In this document: in pieces, positions 1 through 10,075 of the stretch | How the letters are laid out: each line of letters begins with the position of its first letter | How positions within the stretch are numbered: position 1 is the stretch's first letter | Assembly: GCA_965222225.1 (NCBI GenBank) | Contig: CBDCTK010000002.1 | Span: 736,001 to 800,000, forward strand | Direction: 5' to 3' | DNA: 64,000 nt | Source of the DNA: Candidatus Poribacteria bacterium | Lineage (GTDB): Bacteria > Poribacteria > WGA-4E > JAJDTR01 | Notes under the pieces: model-generated | What the model was told of the DNA's origin: nothing | The model's input: the letters and a program-made list of their open reading frames with translations, nothing else | Databases searched by the model: none | Position numbers and translations under genes: made by a program

Positions 1-482
1 CCACAGCATTTCTAATATCAGGAGCTCAGAGAATCCCCAACATGTCGCTTGGTAGTGCACTAGAGCACGTCTAAGCCCTGAAATGTTTAAGCTCAGGGCT
101 TAGGGTTGGCGATTGAAAGCAGCTACTTTTGTGTTTTGAGTTCGCCCCAAATGGTTGTGAGTATGGAGGTCGGCTTTAACTTTGGAAGTACACTGCCTCC
201 ATCGGACACGATAAAAACCGTATCTGTTCCAACGAAAAGGTTACCACCAAATTCCGAATTAAGGTTGCCCGAATACCAGACACAGAGTCAGTTTTGGGCT
301 TTTCTGTGCCGGGTTGGACATTTGGGCGAGAGGTTATCATAGCAGAATCGCAGAAAAAGTCAACACAAAAACATGCATACTTAGGGTCATTCAGTTTTCG
401 GCAAAAGTTGACCAACACTGAATTTCAATGTCTTTAAAATCAAGCTATGTTTGAATCCAATTTTTCTCCGAACCGGTAGTGA

Positions 483-698
483 ACCATAAAGGAAGGTATT
501 GAACTCTCTGGCACCGCCGATCTGGCAACGAAAGTGACGATTGCGTTGTTTGGGCTTTTTGCCGAAATTAAGCGAGACCATATTTCTCAACGCACAAAAG
601 AAGGACTTCGAAACGCAAGGTTAAACGGAAAGCAGCTCGGAAGTCCTAACGCGAGATTGGGAAAGTGCAGGCTTTCTGGCAAAGAAGCTGAAATATAG
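483..698 (+). pseudogene. Serine recombinase (resolvase/invertase) C-terminal fragment
   Basis: Manual translation TIKEGIELSGTADLATKVTIALFGLFAEIKRDHISQRTKEGLRNARLNGKQLGSP matches the resolvase helix-E motif (FAExER..I..RT..GL..A...G..LG). No N-terminal catalytic part or start codon is present. Confidence 0.8.
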
Positions 699-796
699 AT
701 GGGTATTGCGAGCTAGTAAGGCTTCGCCAGTCGATTATTGGAAGCGACATTAAATTATGTCGCAATTCAACAATCCGACATTAAGAAAGGTTGGTC

Positions 797-1075
797 GCTT
801 CTCCCGAAGTTCGCAAGATCGTGGAGAAAGTGTTCCTAACGGAGGGTGCTGGCCTCGTAATGGAGGCACGACAACCGGCATCTTCTATCCGCCCTTTAGG
901 ATATGAAATGTTAGGGTCTCTTAGTTTTGGTTCCCTTTTTGTAGCGTAGCGCAATATTGCTAACAACTGTCCACTTGTACTTTGGAAGGGAAATCAAGGG
1001 AAATATTCTTCACCAAATCGGCTTGGATTATGGTATCCTCTTTTTCCGCGAATAAGATTTGAAATAAACTGGTAG
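797..1075 (+). pseudogene. C-terminal fragment of a PRTase-like (PRTase-CE type) conflict-system protein
   Basis: Manual translation ...IRPLGYEMLGSLSFGSLFVA*RNIANNCPLVLWKG...WYPLFPR resembles the PLG[YF]..N.[PA]NN.P..LW..W.PL[FL].R C-terminus of these proteins. In-frame TAG at 947-949; no N-terminus. Confidence 0.6.
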
Positions 1076-2172
1076 CAGTCAATTGGTAAGTCATGACATT
1101 CTATAGACGCAAGCTACAGACAAGGGTGAGTTCTCCAACTTTATTGCTTTCTTGTCAGCCATGACCGAAATAACTGAACCAATTTCTGAAGATAAACTTA
1201 GTTCAGGACACCATCTTGACACGAACTCATAATCGGCATGAGTCTGCCGTCTTCCGTAAGACACGCGAAAGATTCGGCGATCTTCAAATATGGCGGGAGG
1301 CGACCCGCTTTGCGTCAATGATGTAAAAATATTAACCTCAAAAGCGTTGTAACAACCTGTCGCTTCCCTCATCTGCTGGAAATTCAGCGTATTATCATTG
1401 CACAGAAAAGCCCAATAGCAGCAAAGATGAAAGACAAGGCTTATCGTAAAGAATCGCGAACGGACTAGAATAGAGTTCGTATACAAATCATGAGATGGTG
1501 TCTTCGCGTTTAATTGGCTCAGAATTGGGAAAAATTTGGAGCACTACTTGGAGCTCTTCTTAAATTAGCCGGCAATTTACCAATCGTAGAGGAGTTAAAA
1601 AAAATGATTTCTCGAGCGCGAAACTCGTTCGTGCGAATATACTTGTTGGCACCAACGCTCTTAGTCGATTACTGATTGAACTACGCCGCGAATATTCAGG
1701 AGCTGACAAAGAACATCAATACATTGTTGATTCACCAGAAATTACGGATTTTCTAATCTGTGAACAAAAAATTGGTGTGATTCGCTGCATGAGTTGTAAG
1801 GCATCGGATCCACCCGCCAGATTGACAAACTAAGCTAGTATGGACAATACCGTTTCAACGTTGCCTGCAAGCCGAATGTACTCATTGGCGTTGCTAAAGA
1901 AGAGGGCAAGATTATAAAGAAACCGATGGTTTATCTTTCTAGAATCATTTTGATGAAAACGGTAGACAAAATCATAAGAAATGTGATAGAATAAAGCGAG
2001 TAAATGCCTTTTCACTCTTAATATGGCAAAAAAGACCATGAAAACCATCGGTTTGTAATTACCCCCAACAACTAGACAGTTGACTAAGAGATTTTCCCCA
2101 CTGGCAAAAGGTCATCATCTGGGAGAAGATATGGCTCGGGAACGCCAAGAAAAGGAAAGAAGTTCCTTCACC

Positions 2173-2290
2173 ATGTCCCACAGAAAACAGCGCGATGGCC
2201 GATTCAAAGCATAGGTAGCCATTGGAGCCATTAAGAAGCGGCAAACTATCAGTCAGATTGTCAGTGAATACGATGTCAACCCATCAAGCG
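2173..2290 (+). pseudogene. IS3-family transposase OrfA remnant
   Basis: MSHRKQRDGRFKA*VAIGAIKKRQTISQIVSEYDVNP resembles the OrfA HTH start (RK....FKA.VA..A....T.......Y.V.P). In-frame TAG at 2212-2214; no orfB. Confidence 0.7.
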
Positions 2291-2410
2291 AGCGAATAGC
2301 GAGTGAGGTAGAGATTCCCACGAGGTGTATTTCCAATAACTTCAGGCGTTAATCCTGACCAAAACTAGTCGGATTTTATTGCTTAAATCTCCGTCATTGC
2401 TGTCTAAGGG

Positions 2411-3056
2411 ATGGGGGTAAGTTCAGTTTTTGAGAGTTTCAACCGCAGACCAAGACCTCGAAAAAAAATGCGGACATTCTTCACCTTGCCAATGAGAAGA
2501 ACTTGCCAATGAGAAGAAGTTGATGAATATTGAATGGGTCGAAGAAAAAGCGAGTGGCAAAATCAGTTGGAAGCGGCGGAAAATCGCTACGGTAATCGGC
2601 CACGTCAAAGAAGGGGACAGTATCATCGTCAGTGAGTTGTCGCGTCTTGGGCGTTCCATGTTGGAGTGCATGGGGATTCTCTCCATTGCACTCGATAGAC
2701 AGATCGGGATCGACGCGGTGAAAGACAACTGGTAGCTTGACGGGGCCATTCAATCGAAAATTGTCGCAATGGCGTTTTCGATGACAGCCGACATCTTGAG
2801 AGACCTCATCTCACAGCGCACCAAAGAGGCACTGCTTGCAAAAAGGAAGCAGGGAGTGAGGCTCGGATGCGATCCGGGGACGGGGAAGTGTATGCTGGAC
2901 ATGTACCGATCAGAGATAGAAATACTCTTAAAGAACGGCTCAACACACAAGTTCATTGCACAGCGGTAGGGGACGACTGAAACGAATCTGAGTCTATGGC
3001 TAAAGAAGCATGGGATCAAACAGACAATTCCAAAGGAACGTGATGAGAGAGGTTGA
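2411..3056 (+). pseudogene. Serine recombinase (resolvase family), inactivated
   Basis: Motifs FLRVSTADQDLE, EEKASG, GDSIIVSELSRLGRSMLE and DLISQRTKEAL, plus a C-terminal HTH. In-frame TAG at 2733 and 2967, and a 17-bp tandem duplication (cttgccaatgagaagaa x2, 2485-2518). Confidence 0.9.
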
Positions 3057-3673
3057 TAAGCTTTCACCAAAAGTAATGCCTCGCATTATTACCCTTTGGT
3101 GACAAAGGAAAGTGGAAACCCATGAACGGACAGCTCTATTTTGAATTCTATAAATGCGGCTTTCAGAGATGCAGCGGGGCGCGTATTGGAAAATGTCCTC
3201 ACACAGTTTGAAGAATTGTCGAAGGACGACCTTGAGAAATTGCTCAACACTAACGTGAAATTTCTTGTGAATGACCACATGCGGAATATCACTAATAACA
3301 CTCTTCAGAAAGACATTGAATCCTTCGACTATACCAAAAGGTTTGCTCTATTTAGAGGCCCAATCGAACATCGTTCAATCTAATACCGGATTCCACTGGA
3401 TTGTGTGTAATGTTTAGATTTGGAAGTGGCATTAGAAAGGTTGGAGAAATCCAACTTGGGACGCGCAAAATCTCCTGTTGTTAGCTAGGACCGGTACAAA
3501 GTCCGAAAAATTCAAGATGACACGTTTCTGCCTTGTTCAGCGATTCAAGAGCCGGGCAGAGCAAAACCGGAAGCAAAGATATAGAATGTCTGCTGCTGAG
3601 TGACCCTCCTTTCAAATAATGCTACGGCAGCAGAAACGCTATTTAACTTACTGCCAATTAGGAGGAATTAATC

Positions 3674-4660
3674 GTGAAATCTGCTACGATAGTCAGCGTA
3701 CTCACCATGTTCCTAAGTTATTGCGTAATTCTACCAGTTGCTCATGCCGAAGTCGTGGGTGCGTGGACCTTTGATAGAGGCGAACCGAATCAGGAAGCCC
3801 AAGGGAAAATTGAGGATGTTTCCGGCAACGGGCACCACGGTAAAATTGAGGGCAGAGTCAAATGGCGAGCAGGTAAACGAGGAACCGCATTGGAGTTTTT
3901 TGAAACAGACGGTGACGCAGGAACTCAGTGGCCTGGCTGGGTTGAAGTTCCACACCACGAGGATTTCAACCTGCTAGAGTTTTCTCTGTCAGGCTGGGCC
4001 AAGATTCCAGAACTCCTAGGCCATCCTCTTAACGATGGCTTTTGTAATAATGCCTGTGGAGATCCAACGGATCTATCCGCCAATCAGATGCTGTTTGGCA
4101 AAACGTCCCACTTGGCTCGAAGCAATTATGCTATGTGGGTTTCAGATGCCGGGAAAGGCGGAGAACAAAGGCGTGGCGAATTGGGGCACGCTACGTTCGG
4201 ATTCACGGCTCAACAGCCGCGCGTAGCCCGCGTTTATGTCGACGAAACAGAGAAGCGTGCAAATGTCGTTGACGGGAAGTGGCATCATGTTGTCGGCACA
4301 TATAAAGAGCCTTTGCTCGTCCTATATGTCGACGGCCGGGAGACAGGACGACGAGAAAACGAAAAGTTAAACGACATAGCGAAGAAAATTAAAGTTGTAC
4401 CGCCACCCGGCTTCGCGGCACTAGGGGGCGGCAAATTCGCCCCATTCATGATCGGCTGTCAAATCATAGGGAGTTCGACTAAGGGCCAGAGGCCAAGTTA
4501 CGGAACGGCGGGAGTCATAGATGAGGTTGCCGTCTTTAATCACGCGTTAAACGAGGACGAAGTTAGAACTCTCTGGAGGCAGGGGTTAGTACAGTTCCTA
4601 GCCGTGGAAGCGCACGGGAAACTCGCAACAATGTGGGGCAAGATAAAGCGCAAGAGATAG
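3674..4660 (+). CDS. Secreted LamG-like jellyroll (concanavalin A-like) domain protein
   Basis: Signal peptide (..VAHA-E). LamG motifs W.FD, D.SGNG.HG, WHHVVGTY, LYVDG and G.IDEVAVFN.AL. C-terminal AVEAHGKLATMWGKIK; strong AGGAGG SD. Confidence 0.9.
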   Translation: MKSATIVSVLTMFLSYCVILPVAHAEVVGAWTFDRGEPNQEAQGKIEDVSGNGHHGKIEGRVKWRAGKRGTALEFFETDGDAGTQWPGWVEVPHHEDFNLLEFSLSGWAKIPELLGHPLNDGFCNNACGDPTDLSANQMLFGKTSHLARSNYAMWVSDAGKGGEQRRGELGHATFGFTAQQPRVARVYVDETEKRANVVDGKWHHVVGTYKEPLLVLYVDGRETGRRENEKLNDIAKKIKVVPPPGFAALGGGKFAPFMIGCQIIGSSTKGQRPSYGTAGVIDEVAVFNHALNEDEVRTLWRQGLVQFLAVEAHGKLATMWGKIKRKR

Positions 4661-5079
4661 CTATTGGTTTGACCCAGTTTGACGGTAGAACGACGCAGAT
4701 TCACTAACTCGTACATGCATTTAAACTACCACAACTCGTTTTCAGGATTCCTACACATGTAGGTTTTTTTGGAAGGACTATTGCAAAAGGGTTGGAAAAT
4801 GTCTCGCCATGCTGGATAGTTGACTTATGTCGTCGTTGAATTGGGATTGCCGACCAGCAGCTTAGTTGCCCTCTTGTGCTTATTGGACTTCTTATCGCAG
4901 GCAAAAGTCTAAGGTGATCCGGGGGACATCCTTCCTTCCATGTTCCGGGTTGAAAGTGCGAAGCACCAAGGGTAATTAGCTAGAGTGAATCATCAGAAAG
5001 TTAAGCTTTTCTGAATTAGATTGTCAGTATGTAGTGAGCATGACAGCCTAACTACGTTCTCAAAGTCAATCGCCCAGTT

Positions 5080-6801
5080 TTGAACGAATTCTGTACCATT
5101 AGGAATTCGCTATCCTTAATTTCATCTCTAATCGATTTGCAACCTTCACGAACCCCTCCCCCCAAAAAGCTACGGTTGGTTCACTACCTGATTGTGATTG
5201 GGGTATTGACTGCCCTAGCGACAGTTTTCCTCATCTATCGCCAAACTTCACTCCGGAGACCTGTTGAAAATCTGTTTACGCTCCTCCCTGAAGATCCAAT
5301 TTGTTATGTGAGCGCAAAAAATCTCACCGACGCGGTGAAAGCCTTCGGGAGCAGCCCGTTTGGGCAGCGCACCGCGCAGATGCCGATTCTCGCCGAAGTC
5401 CAGAGACAGGGGTGGTGGCGTCAGATTAGTTATCAGAAGCGCCTCTGGGAACATGCGATGGGCGGCGAATTCAACTTCAATAAACTGAAGGGGTACTTCG
5501 GCGAAGAAGCGATCCTGGCACTATACGGTAGGGAGAGCGAAATATCATTTCTTCTGATAAGCACGCTGGGAGCGAAAGAGAAGCTGGAAATCGCGGCAGT
5601 TACCGCGGCTGACCCGTTTAATCCAAGCTACAAGCGACTTCAAAGCGATTACGGCGGATTTACGATTAACACCATTACCGGTTATCCTCGCGACTTTAGT
5701 TATGCGTTCATTGGCAAGATTGGACTGTTGACTCTTAGTCAATCTCTCATTGAGGAAACGATTGACATTTATTCCAAGAATAAAAAAGGATTTAGCGATC
5801 TCCACCCGATGAGCCAATTCCTGCTAAAACGATACGACTCAAACGGTAGCGCAATCTTTGTCGATTTCCCTAAGCTCTTAAATGCCTTTGAGCTTATAGA
5901 GGAACTAGTTCCTTTCACCAAGGGGATAGAAACGTGGACGTTTAGCAACGTTTACCATAATGGGACAATTCGCTCGCATCACCGGATTCAGTGGACACCG
6001 GATCGAGAGAGGCACTTACCTGAACCTGCGACTATTAACCCGAGACTCCTTTCAACCCTGCCCGGGAAATCCGCCGTGTCATACATTGATCGAACCCTAG
6101 ATTCTTCGACATTCTGGGAATTCTTAAAGGCAAATTTACCAATCCAGCATCAAAAGCGTGAGATGAACCTGACTCGTCATCTCGGTGAGGAGGTCACAAT
6201 TGCACTAATTGGCGCTGCGTCCGGGGGCGCGATTAGGGTGCCATCAGTCATTGCGGCGATTCCGATTACAAACCCAACGGGCTTAGAAGCGGACTTGACG
6301 AGACTCCAAGGGCATAGAATTATCGTTAATGGAAAGCAACTCCAATTTTCCGAATCCCAGACCTATCGTGGTGTAGCCTTTCAACCGGTTCAACTTCCCT
6401 TGGGATTTCTCTTTTCGCTCAAAGGCGCTTATGCTCTCACCAACGATTATTGGATTATTAGCACAACCATACCCGGTTTGAAATCCGTAATTGACGCGTC
6501 GAGTGGCGAGAGCACAACTCTAGCGCAAATTCAGTTCCCCGAACCAGTCAATCAACCAAGAGACTGTCATCTTCTCGTCCAGCCTAATCTCTTGGTTTCG
6601 GAACTCAGGGGCTTTGTGCCGATTCTCGGTTTGATTGCATCCATTACGAGGAATTCATTTGATTTCCGATCGATGCAACAGATTGTCGCCAACAGTTCAC
6701 CGCTTGAAACTCTAGGACCAGTGTCCGTCGGTATTGACTTCGACGATGAGGAAATGAACGTGGAAGTTCAAGTGGTTATTCTGGTAAACGATAAATCCTA
6801 G
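5080..6801 (+). CDS. Membrane-anchored hypothetical protein (DUF3352-like)
   Basis: 573-aa ORF with one N-terminal TM helix followed by LLPED.. and two repeated alpha/beta segments. Start codon uncertain. Confidence 0.65.
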   Translation: MNEFCTIRNSLSLISSLIDLQPSRTPPPKKLRLVHYLIVIGVLTALATVFLIYRQTSLRRPVENLFTLLPEDPICYVSAKNLTDAVKAFGSSPFGQRTAQMPILAEVQRQGWWRQISYQKRLWEHAMGGEFNFNKLKGYFGEEAILALYGRESEISFLLISTLGAKEKLEIAAVTAADPFNPSYKRLQSDYGGFTINTITGYPRDFSYAFIGKIGLLTLSQSLIEETIDIYSKNKKGFSDLHPMSQFLLKRYDSNGSAIFVDFPKLLNAFELIEELVPFTKGIETWTFSNVYHNGTIRSHHRIQWTPDRERHLPEPATINPRLLSTLPGKSAVSYIDRTLDSSTFWEFLKANLPIQHQKREMNLTRHLGEEVTIALIGAASGGAIRVPSVIAAIPITNPTGLEADLTRLQGHRIIVNGKQLQFSESQTYRGVAFQPVQLPLGFLFSLKGAYALTNDYWIISTTIPGLKSVIDASSGESTTLAQIQFPEPVNQPRDCHLLVQPNLLVSELRGFVPILGLIASITRNSFDFRSMQQIVANSSPLETLGPVSVGIDFDDEEMNVEVQVVILVNDKS

Positions 6802-7027
6802 ATCTCGACTTTGTGCATTTAAGCGACATAACAAGCGGCGCAATTCAAACATTGGAGAAACGTAGGGGATATTTTGATTATCTGGTCTTGTTGACCGACC
6901 ATTGAGAAAGTCAGCAGCGGTTTCTAATACGATTCAGCCTGTCACACCGCTAGTGCTTTCAGAGGCTGGTGAGATCTCTATGGGAGCGCTATCGGATGAT
7001 TTTCCAGAAGGTACACAGCAGCCCAAA

Positions 7028-7057
7028 GTTGGTTTCACTGCGTTCAACCCAACCTAC
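7028..7057 (-). repeat. REP-like element (GTAGGTTGGGTTGA...AACCCAAC family)
   Basis: GTAG followed by an imperfect palindrome; related copies at 24438-24468 and 45228-45254. Confidence 0.7.
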
Positions 7058-7119
7058 TGGCTGTTCGCCTAATCACGTAATCCACTCCGTTTCTTTTGGC
7101 GGTTGTTATACAGTATTTT

Positions 7120-7914
7120 TCAACCGGTGACTTTCTCTCGCCATGTGATAATTTTTTGCGCAACCGTCACCACAGGCGCGGTCCATACCTCCGCACGACG
7201 CTCCGCCAGGTACTTGCAGAGTTCACGGAAGCAATCTGCCGGCAAAGGGTTTCCGTGAAAGAGCGGCGTAAGGGGGCCTTCCCGATTAGGTTCTGTTTGT
7301 AATCCATGGAGGGTCAAGATGAGCCAACGTCCCCCATCTGTGCCTTTATCAACCAAGCCGCACAAATTTAATCCCGTCATCCATCCGGCGACAATGGACG
7401 AAGTTAGGTAGTGTAGCTCCGTCAGTAGAGGGTGATTCGCTGTCTCGCCCAACCCGCGCGCTGCCGGGAAGTGTTTGGCGATTATCGGCACGTAACTCTG
7501 TCGGTTGATTCCTTCACCGACGTAGCTTTGATAGCACGGATAGCAGAAGGTGCGAGTCTCCTGCTCGGGGATAAGCGCATTCAACCGTCTTTCGGCTTCC
7601 AACACGTCCGCTTCAATCTCCTCCAAGCTAACAGTCTCAAGATACTTGTCGGTATTCCAGCCGAAATTGCGGGCGCAGATATGTTGAATCGTGTGATTTC
7701 CGATCTCGTGTCCAGCCAGCGCCGCGTTTCGCCATGGCAAATACCGCTGATCCCAGTCATCGCCACGCGGGTTAATATAAAATGTGCCTAGCAAATCGTA
7801 TTCTGCAAGGATTGGTATCGCTATATCCAGATGAGACGCGCTGCCATCATCAAACGTCAATGAAACGGCGGCTTGATGATTATCCGGCCACGGTGAATTG
7901 TTGGGATTGGGCAT
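7120..7914 (-). CDS. Polysaccharide deacetylase family (CE4/NodB) protein
   Basis: SLTFDDG, GHEIGNHTIQH, TFCYPC and LILTLH motifs. Confidence 0.9.
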   Translation of the reverse strand: MPNPNNSPWPDNHQAAVSLTFDDGSASHLDIAIPILAEYDLLGTFYINPRGDDWDQRYLPWRNAALAGHEIGNHTIQHICARNFGWNTDKYLETVSLEEIEADVLEAERRLNALIPEQETRTFCYPCYQSYVGEGINRQSYVPIIAKHFPAARGLGETANHPLLTELHYLTSSIVAGWMTGLNLCGLVDKGTDGGRWLILTLHGLQTEPNREGPLTPLFHGNPLPADCFRELCKYLAERRAEVWTAPVVTVAQKIITWREKVTG

Positions 7915-8023
7915 TTTGTTCCTTTAAATCTTGATGGAGTTTGATGGTGCGGGTTCTTCGGCAAAATTGCCCGGATTGCGGAGGTTTCGCCGGAGATTTG
8001 GACTCGGCCCAACAATGCAATGG

Positions 8024-8180
8024 TAACGTAAGTTGCTACCTGTAACAGAGAAACCGAGTTTTTGGCTCACGTTTGCTAAATAATAGGCAAATTGATTAGA
8101 TTTACGTCGATCTTGTGTTTTCGCGTCGGAAAAAACTCGGCTTCTGCCTCCTATTCGAATTCAGGTGGCAACTCGGGTTA
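8024..8180. mobile_element. MITE-like element with terminal and internal inverted repeats
   Basis: Ends taacgtaagttgctacctgta / ttcaggtggcaactcgggtta are an imperfect IR. Internal IR agaaaccgagttttt...aaaaactcggcttct; a related internal IR lies at ~25813-25848. Confidence 0.55.
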
Positions 8181-8252
8181 TAGTAACACGGGGCATTCCG
8201 ATTGACAATGCAATTCAGGCGTTACAAGCCCAGTTTGCGAGCGAGAAAGTGA

Positions 8253-8281
8253 TAGACAACACCCGACGATTTTGTTAGAAT
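8253..8281 (+). promoter_or_regulatory. Putative sigma70 promoter for the deoC cluster
   Basis: TAGACA-17 bp-TAGAAT with extended -10 TG. Confidence 0.5.
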
Positions 8282-8419
8282 ATCTCTCAGTCGTTATCTC
8301 TCAGTCGTAGGGGTTATTTCAGACGGGAGATTCCAAATTTAGCTGGCTTTCTGCGTTCAACGGGTTTGGTTTTGCCGCTTCCGCGGACAGTCTGAAAATA
8401 TGAATGAGGGTGAGTTAAA

Positions 8420-9184
8420 ATGAGTGATACACTGGTCTCGGTTGATGACTTAACCGCACTACAGATTGCCTCAATCTGCGATCATTCTATCTTAGAAACT
8501 TACACATCGTTTCTGGGCCAAGGTGAAGATCCAAGACAATTGAGGGAGGAGAATCTCTTCGATTTCTTGGAAGCGGCGATACAGAGCGAGCGTGCGCCGT
8601 ATGCAATCTGCGTGCTTCCGGAATGCGTTCCAAAACTCGTTGAATTCCTTGATGAGCATGACCGAAATGAAATCAAAGTGGTTTCGGCGATATATTTTCC
8701 CTACGGTTCTGTTGCTACGGGGCTTAAAGTGAGTCAAACGAAGGCGGTCACCGCTTGCGGGGCGGCAGAGATTGATGTCGTTCTTAACTACGAGGCATTT
8801 ACGGCTGGAGATATTGACACGGCGCGAGATGACGCGAAGGCAGTGGCTGATGCGGCGCATGAGAATGAAGCGCTGGCAAAATTAATCATTGAGACGTGCC
8901 TTCTCACCCACGATCAGATTAAGGCTGCCTGCGAATTAGCGGAGGAAACTGGTGCCGATTTTGTGAAGACATCTACCGGAGCCTGGTCTTATGGCGCGAC
9001 AGCCACCGATATGGTCCTCATCAGGGAGTATTTCTCAGGTGGCGTCAAGATATCCGGCGCTGGGGTAGGACCTAGGAATATTCGAGATTTATTGCGAGCG
9101 TCATCGGGCAGGGAGGACGGCTACATCGATCTGGATCCGGCTAGGATCAGAATTGGCGAAGGTGGGTTGATATATAGTTTGTGA
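8420..9184 (+). CDS. deoC: Deoxyribose-phosphate aldolase (class I aldolase), divergent
   Basis: DHSIL, FPYG, AAEIDVVLN, KLIIETCLL, ADFVKTSTG (Schiff-base Lys), GVKISG and RIG motifs. Confidence 0.8.
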   Translation: MSDTLVSVDDLTALQIASICDHSILETYTSFLGQGEDPRQLREENLFDFLEAAIQSERAPYAICVLPECVPKLVEFLDEHDRNEIKVVSAIYFPYGSVATGLKVSQTKAVTACGAAEIDVVLNYEAFTAGDIDTARDDAKAVADAAHENEALAKLIIETCLLTHDQIKAACELAEETGADFVKTSTGAWSYGATATDMVLIREYFSGGVKISGAGVGPRNIRDLLRASSGREDGYIDLDPARIRIGEGGLIYSL

Positions 9185-9238
9185 TTACTTCAGCAACCAC
9201 CGCTTCAAACTCAAATCTTGGTACAAGGGTGTCGTATA

Positions 9239-10003
9239 ATGGGTGGAAAATTCGATGGTAAAGTTGCATTGGTAACTGGGGGCGGTTCAGGGCTTGGTCG
9301 GTCAAGCGCGTTGGCTTTTGCAACGGAGGGAGCCAGAGTGGTTGTCTCCGATGTCAACGTGGAAATCGGTGAAGAGACTGTGCGCATGATTCAAGATGCG
9401 AATGGGGAAAGCATTCTTCTCCAAGCCGATATGTTGGAGTCAGACGAGATAGAGGAGATGATGGGCAAAGCCGTCAATGCCTACGGACGGCTTGATTACG
9501 CCTTTAACAGCGCCGGTGTCGGTCAAGCAGCATCTGCCCGAATTGACGAGCATTCTATTGAAGATTGGGATCGAGTCGTGAACATCAATCTCAGGAGCGT
9601 ATTTCTGTGTATGAAATATGAACTGCGTCAGATGCTCAAGCAGGGCGGTGGCGTAATTGTCAATGTGGCTTCGATTTACGGGTTGGTCGCCCATGGAGGC
9701 GGCGGATCGTCTTACACGGCGAGTAAACACGCCGTCGTCGGCTTGACGAAATCCGCCGCTCTAGAATATGCGAAAGAGAGAATCCGGGTCAATGCCGTGT
9801 GCCCCGGCTATACTCGTACACCGCTCATCCAAGGTTTGCTTGACGATCCGGAGAGGGCAGCGGAAGTGGCATCGTGGCACCCCATGGGACGTTTCGGATT
9901 GCCAGAGGAGATTTCCGAGGTTGTGGTGTGGTTGTGCTCGGACGCCGCTTCGTTTATTACGGGGCACGCCATGGCAGTGGATGGCGGGTTTGTCGCCCAA
10001 TAG
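9239..10003 (+). CDS. Short-chain dehydrogenase/reductase (SDR)
   Basis: TGGGSGLG, AFNSAG, YTASKH and IRVNAVCPG motifs. ATG 9239 preferred over TTG 9218. Confidence 0.95.
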   Translation: MGGKFDGKVALVTGGGSGLGRSSALAFATEGARVVVSDVNVEIGEETVRMIQDANGESILLQADMLESDEIEEMMGKAVNAYGRLDYAFNSAGVGQAASARIDEHSIEDWDRVVNINLRSVFLCMKYELRQMLKQGGGVIVNVASIYGLVAHGGGGSSYTASKHAVVGLTKSAALEYAKERIRVNAVCPGYTRTPLIQGLLDDPERAAEVASWHPMGRFGLPEEISEVVVWLCSDAASFITGHAMAVDGGFVAQ

Positions 10004-10075
10004 TCATTTATCCACTTTGCCAAGTGATTTCGCATGATTGTTTTGCGTCAACTCGTCTAGAAAGGAAACAGCCAT

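Noticed and set aside
947-2969. Several in-frame TAG codons as stop-codon recoding or pyrrolysine
   Set aside because: They lie in truncated or frameshifted remnants, and TAG terminates intact genes elsewhere in the window (e.g. 4660, 10003).
8281-8308. 14-bp tandem duplication tatctctcagtcgt x2
   Set aside because: Only two copies; most simply replication slippage, with no evidence of function.
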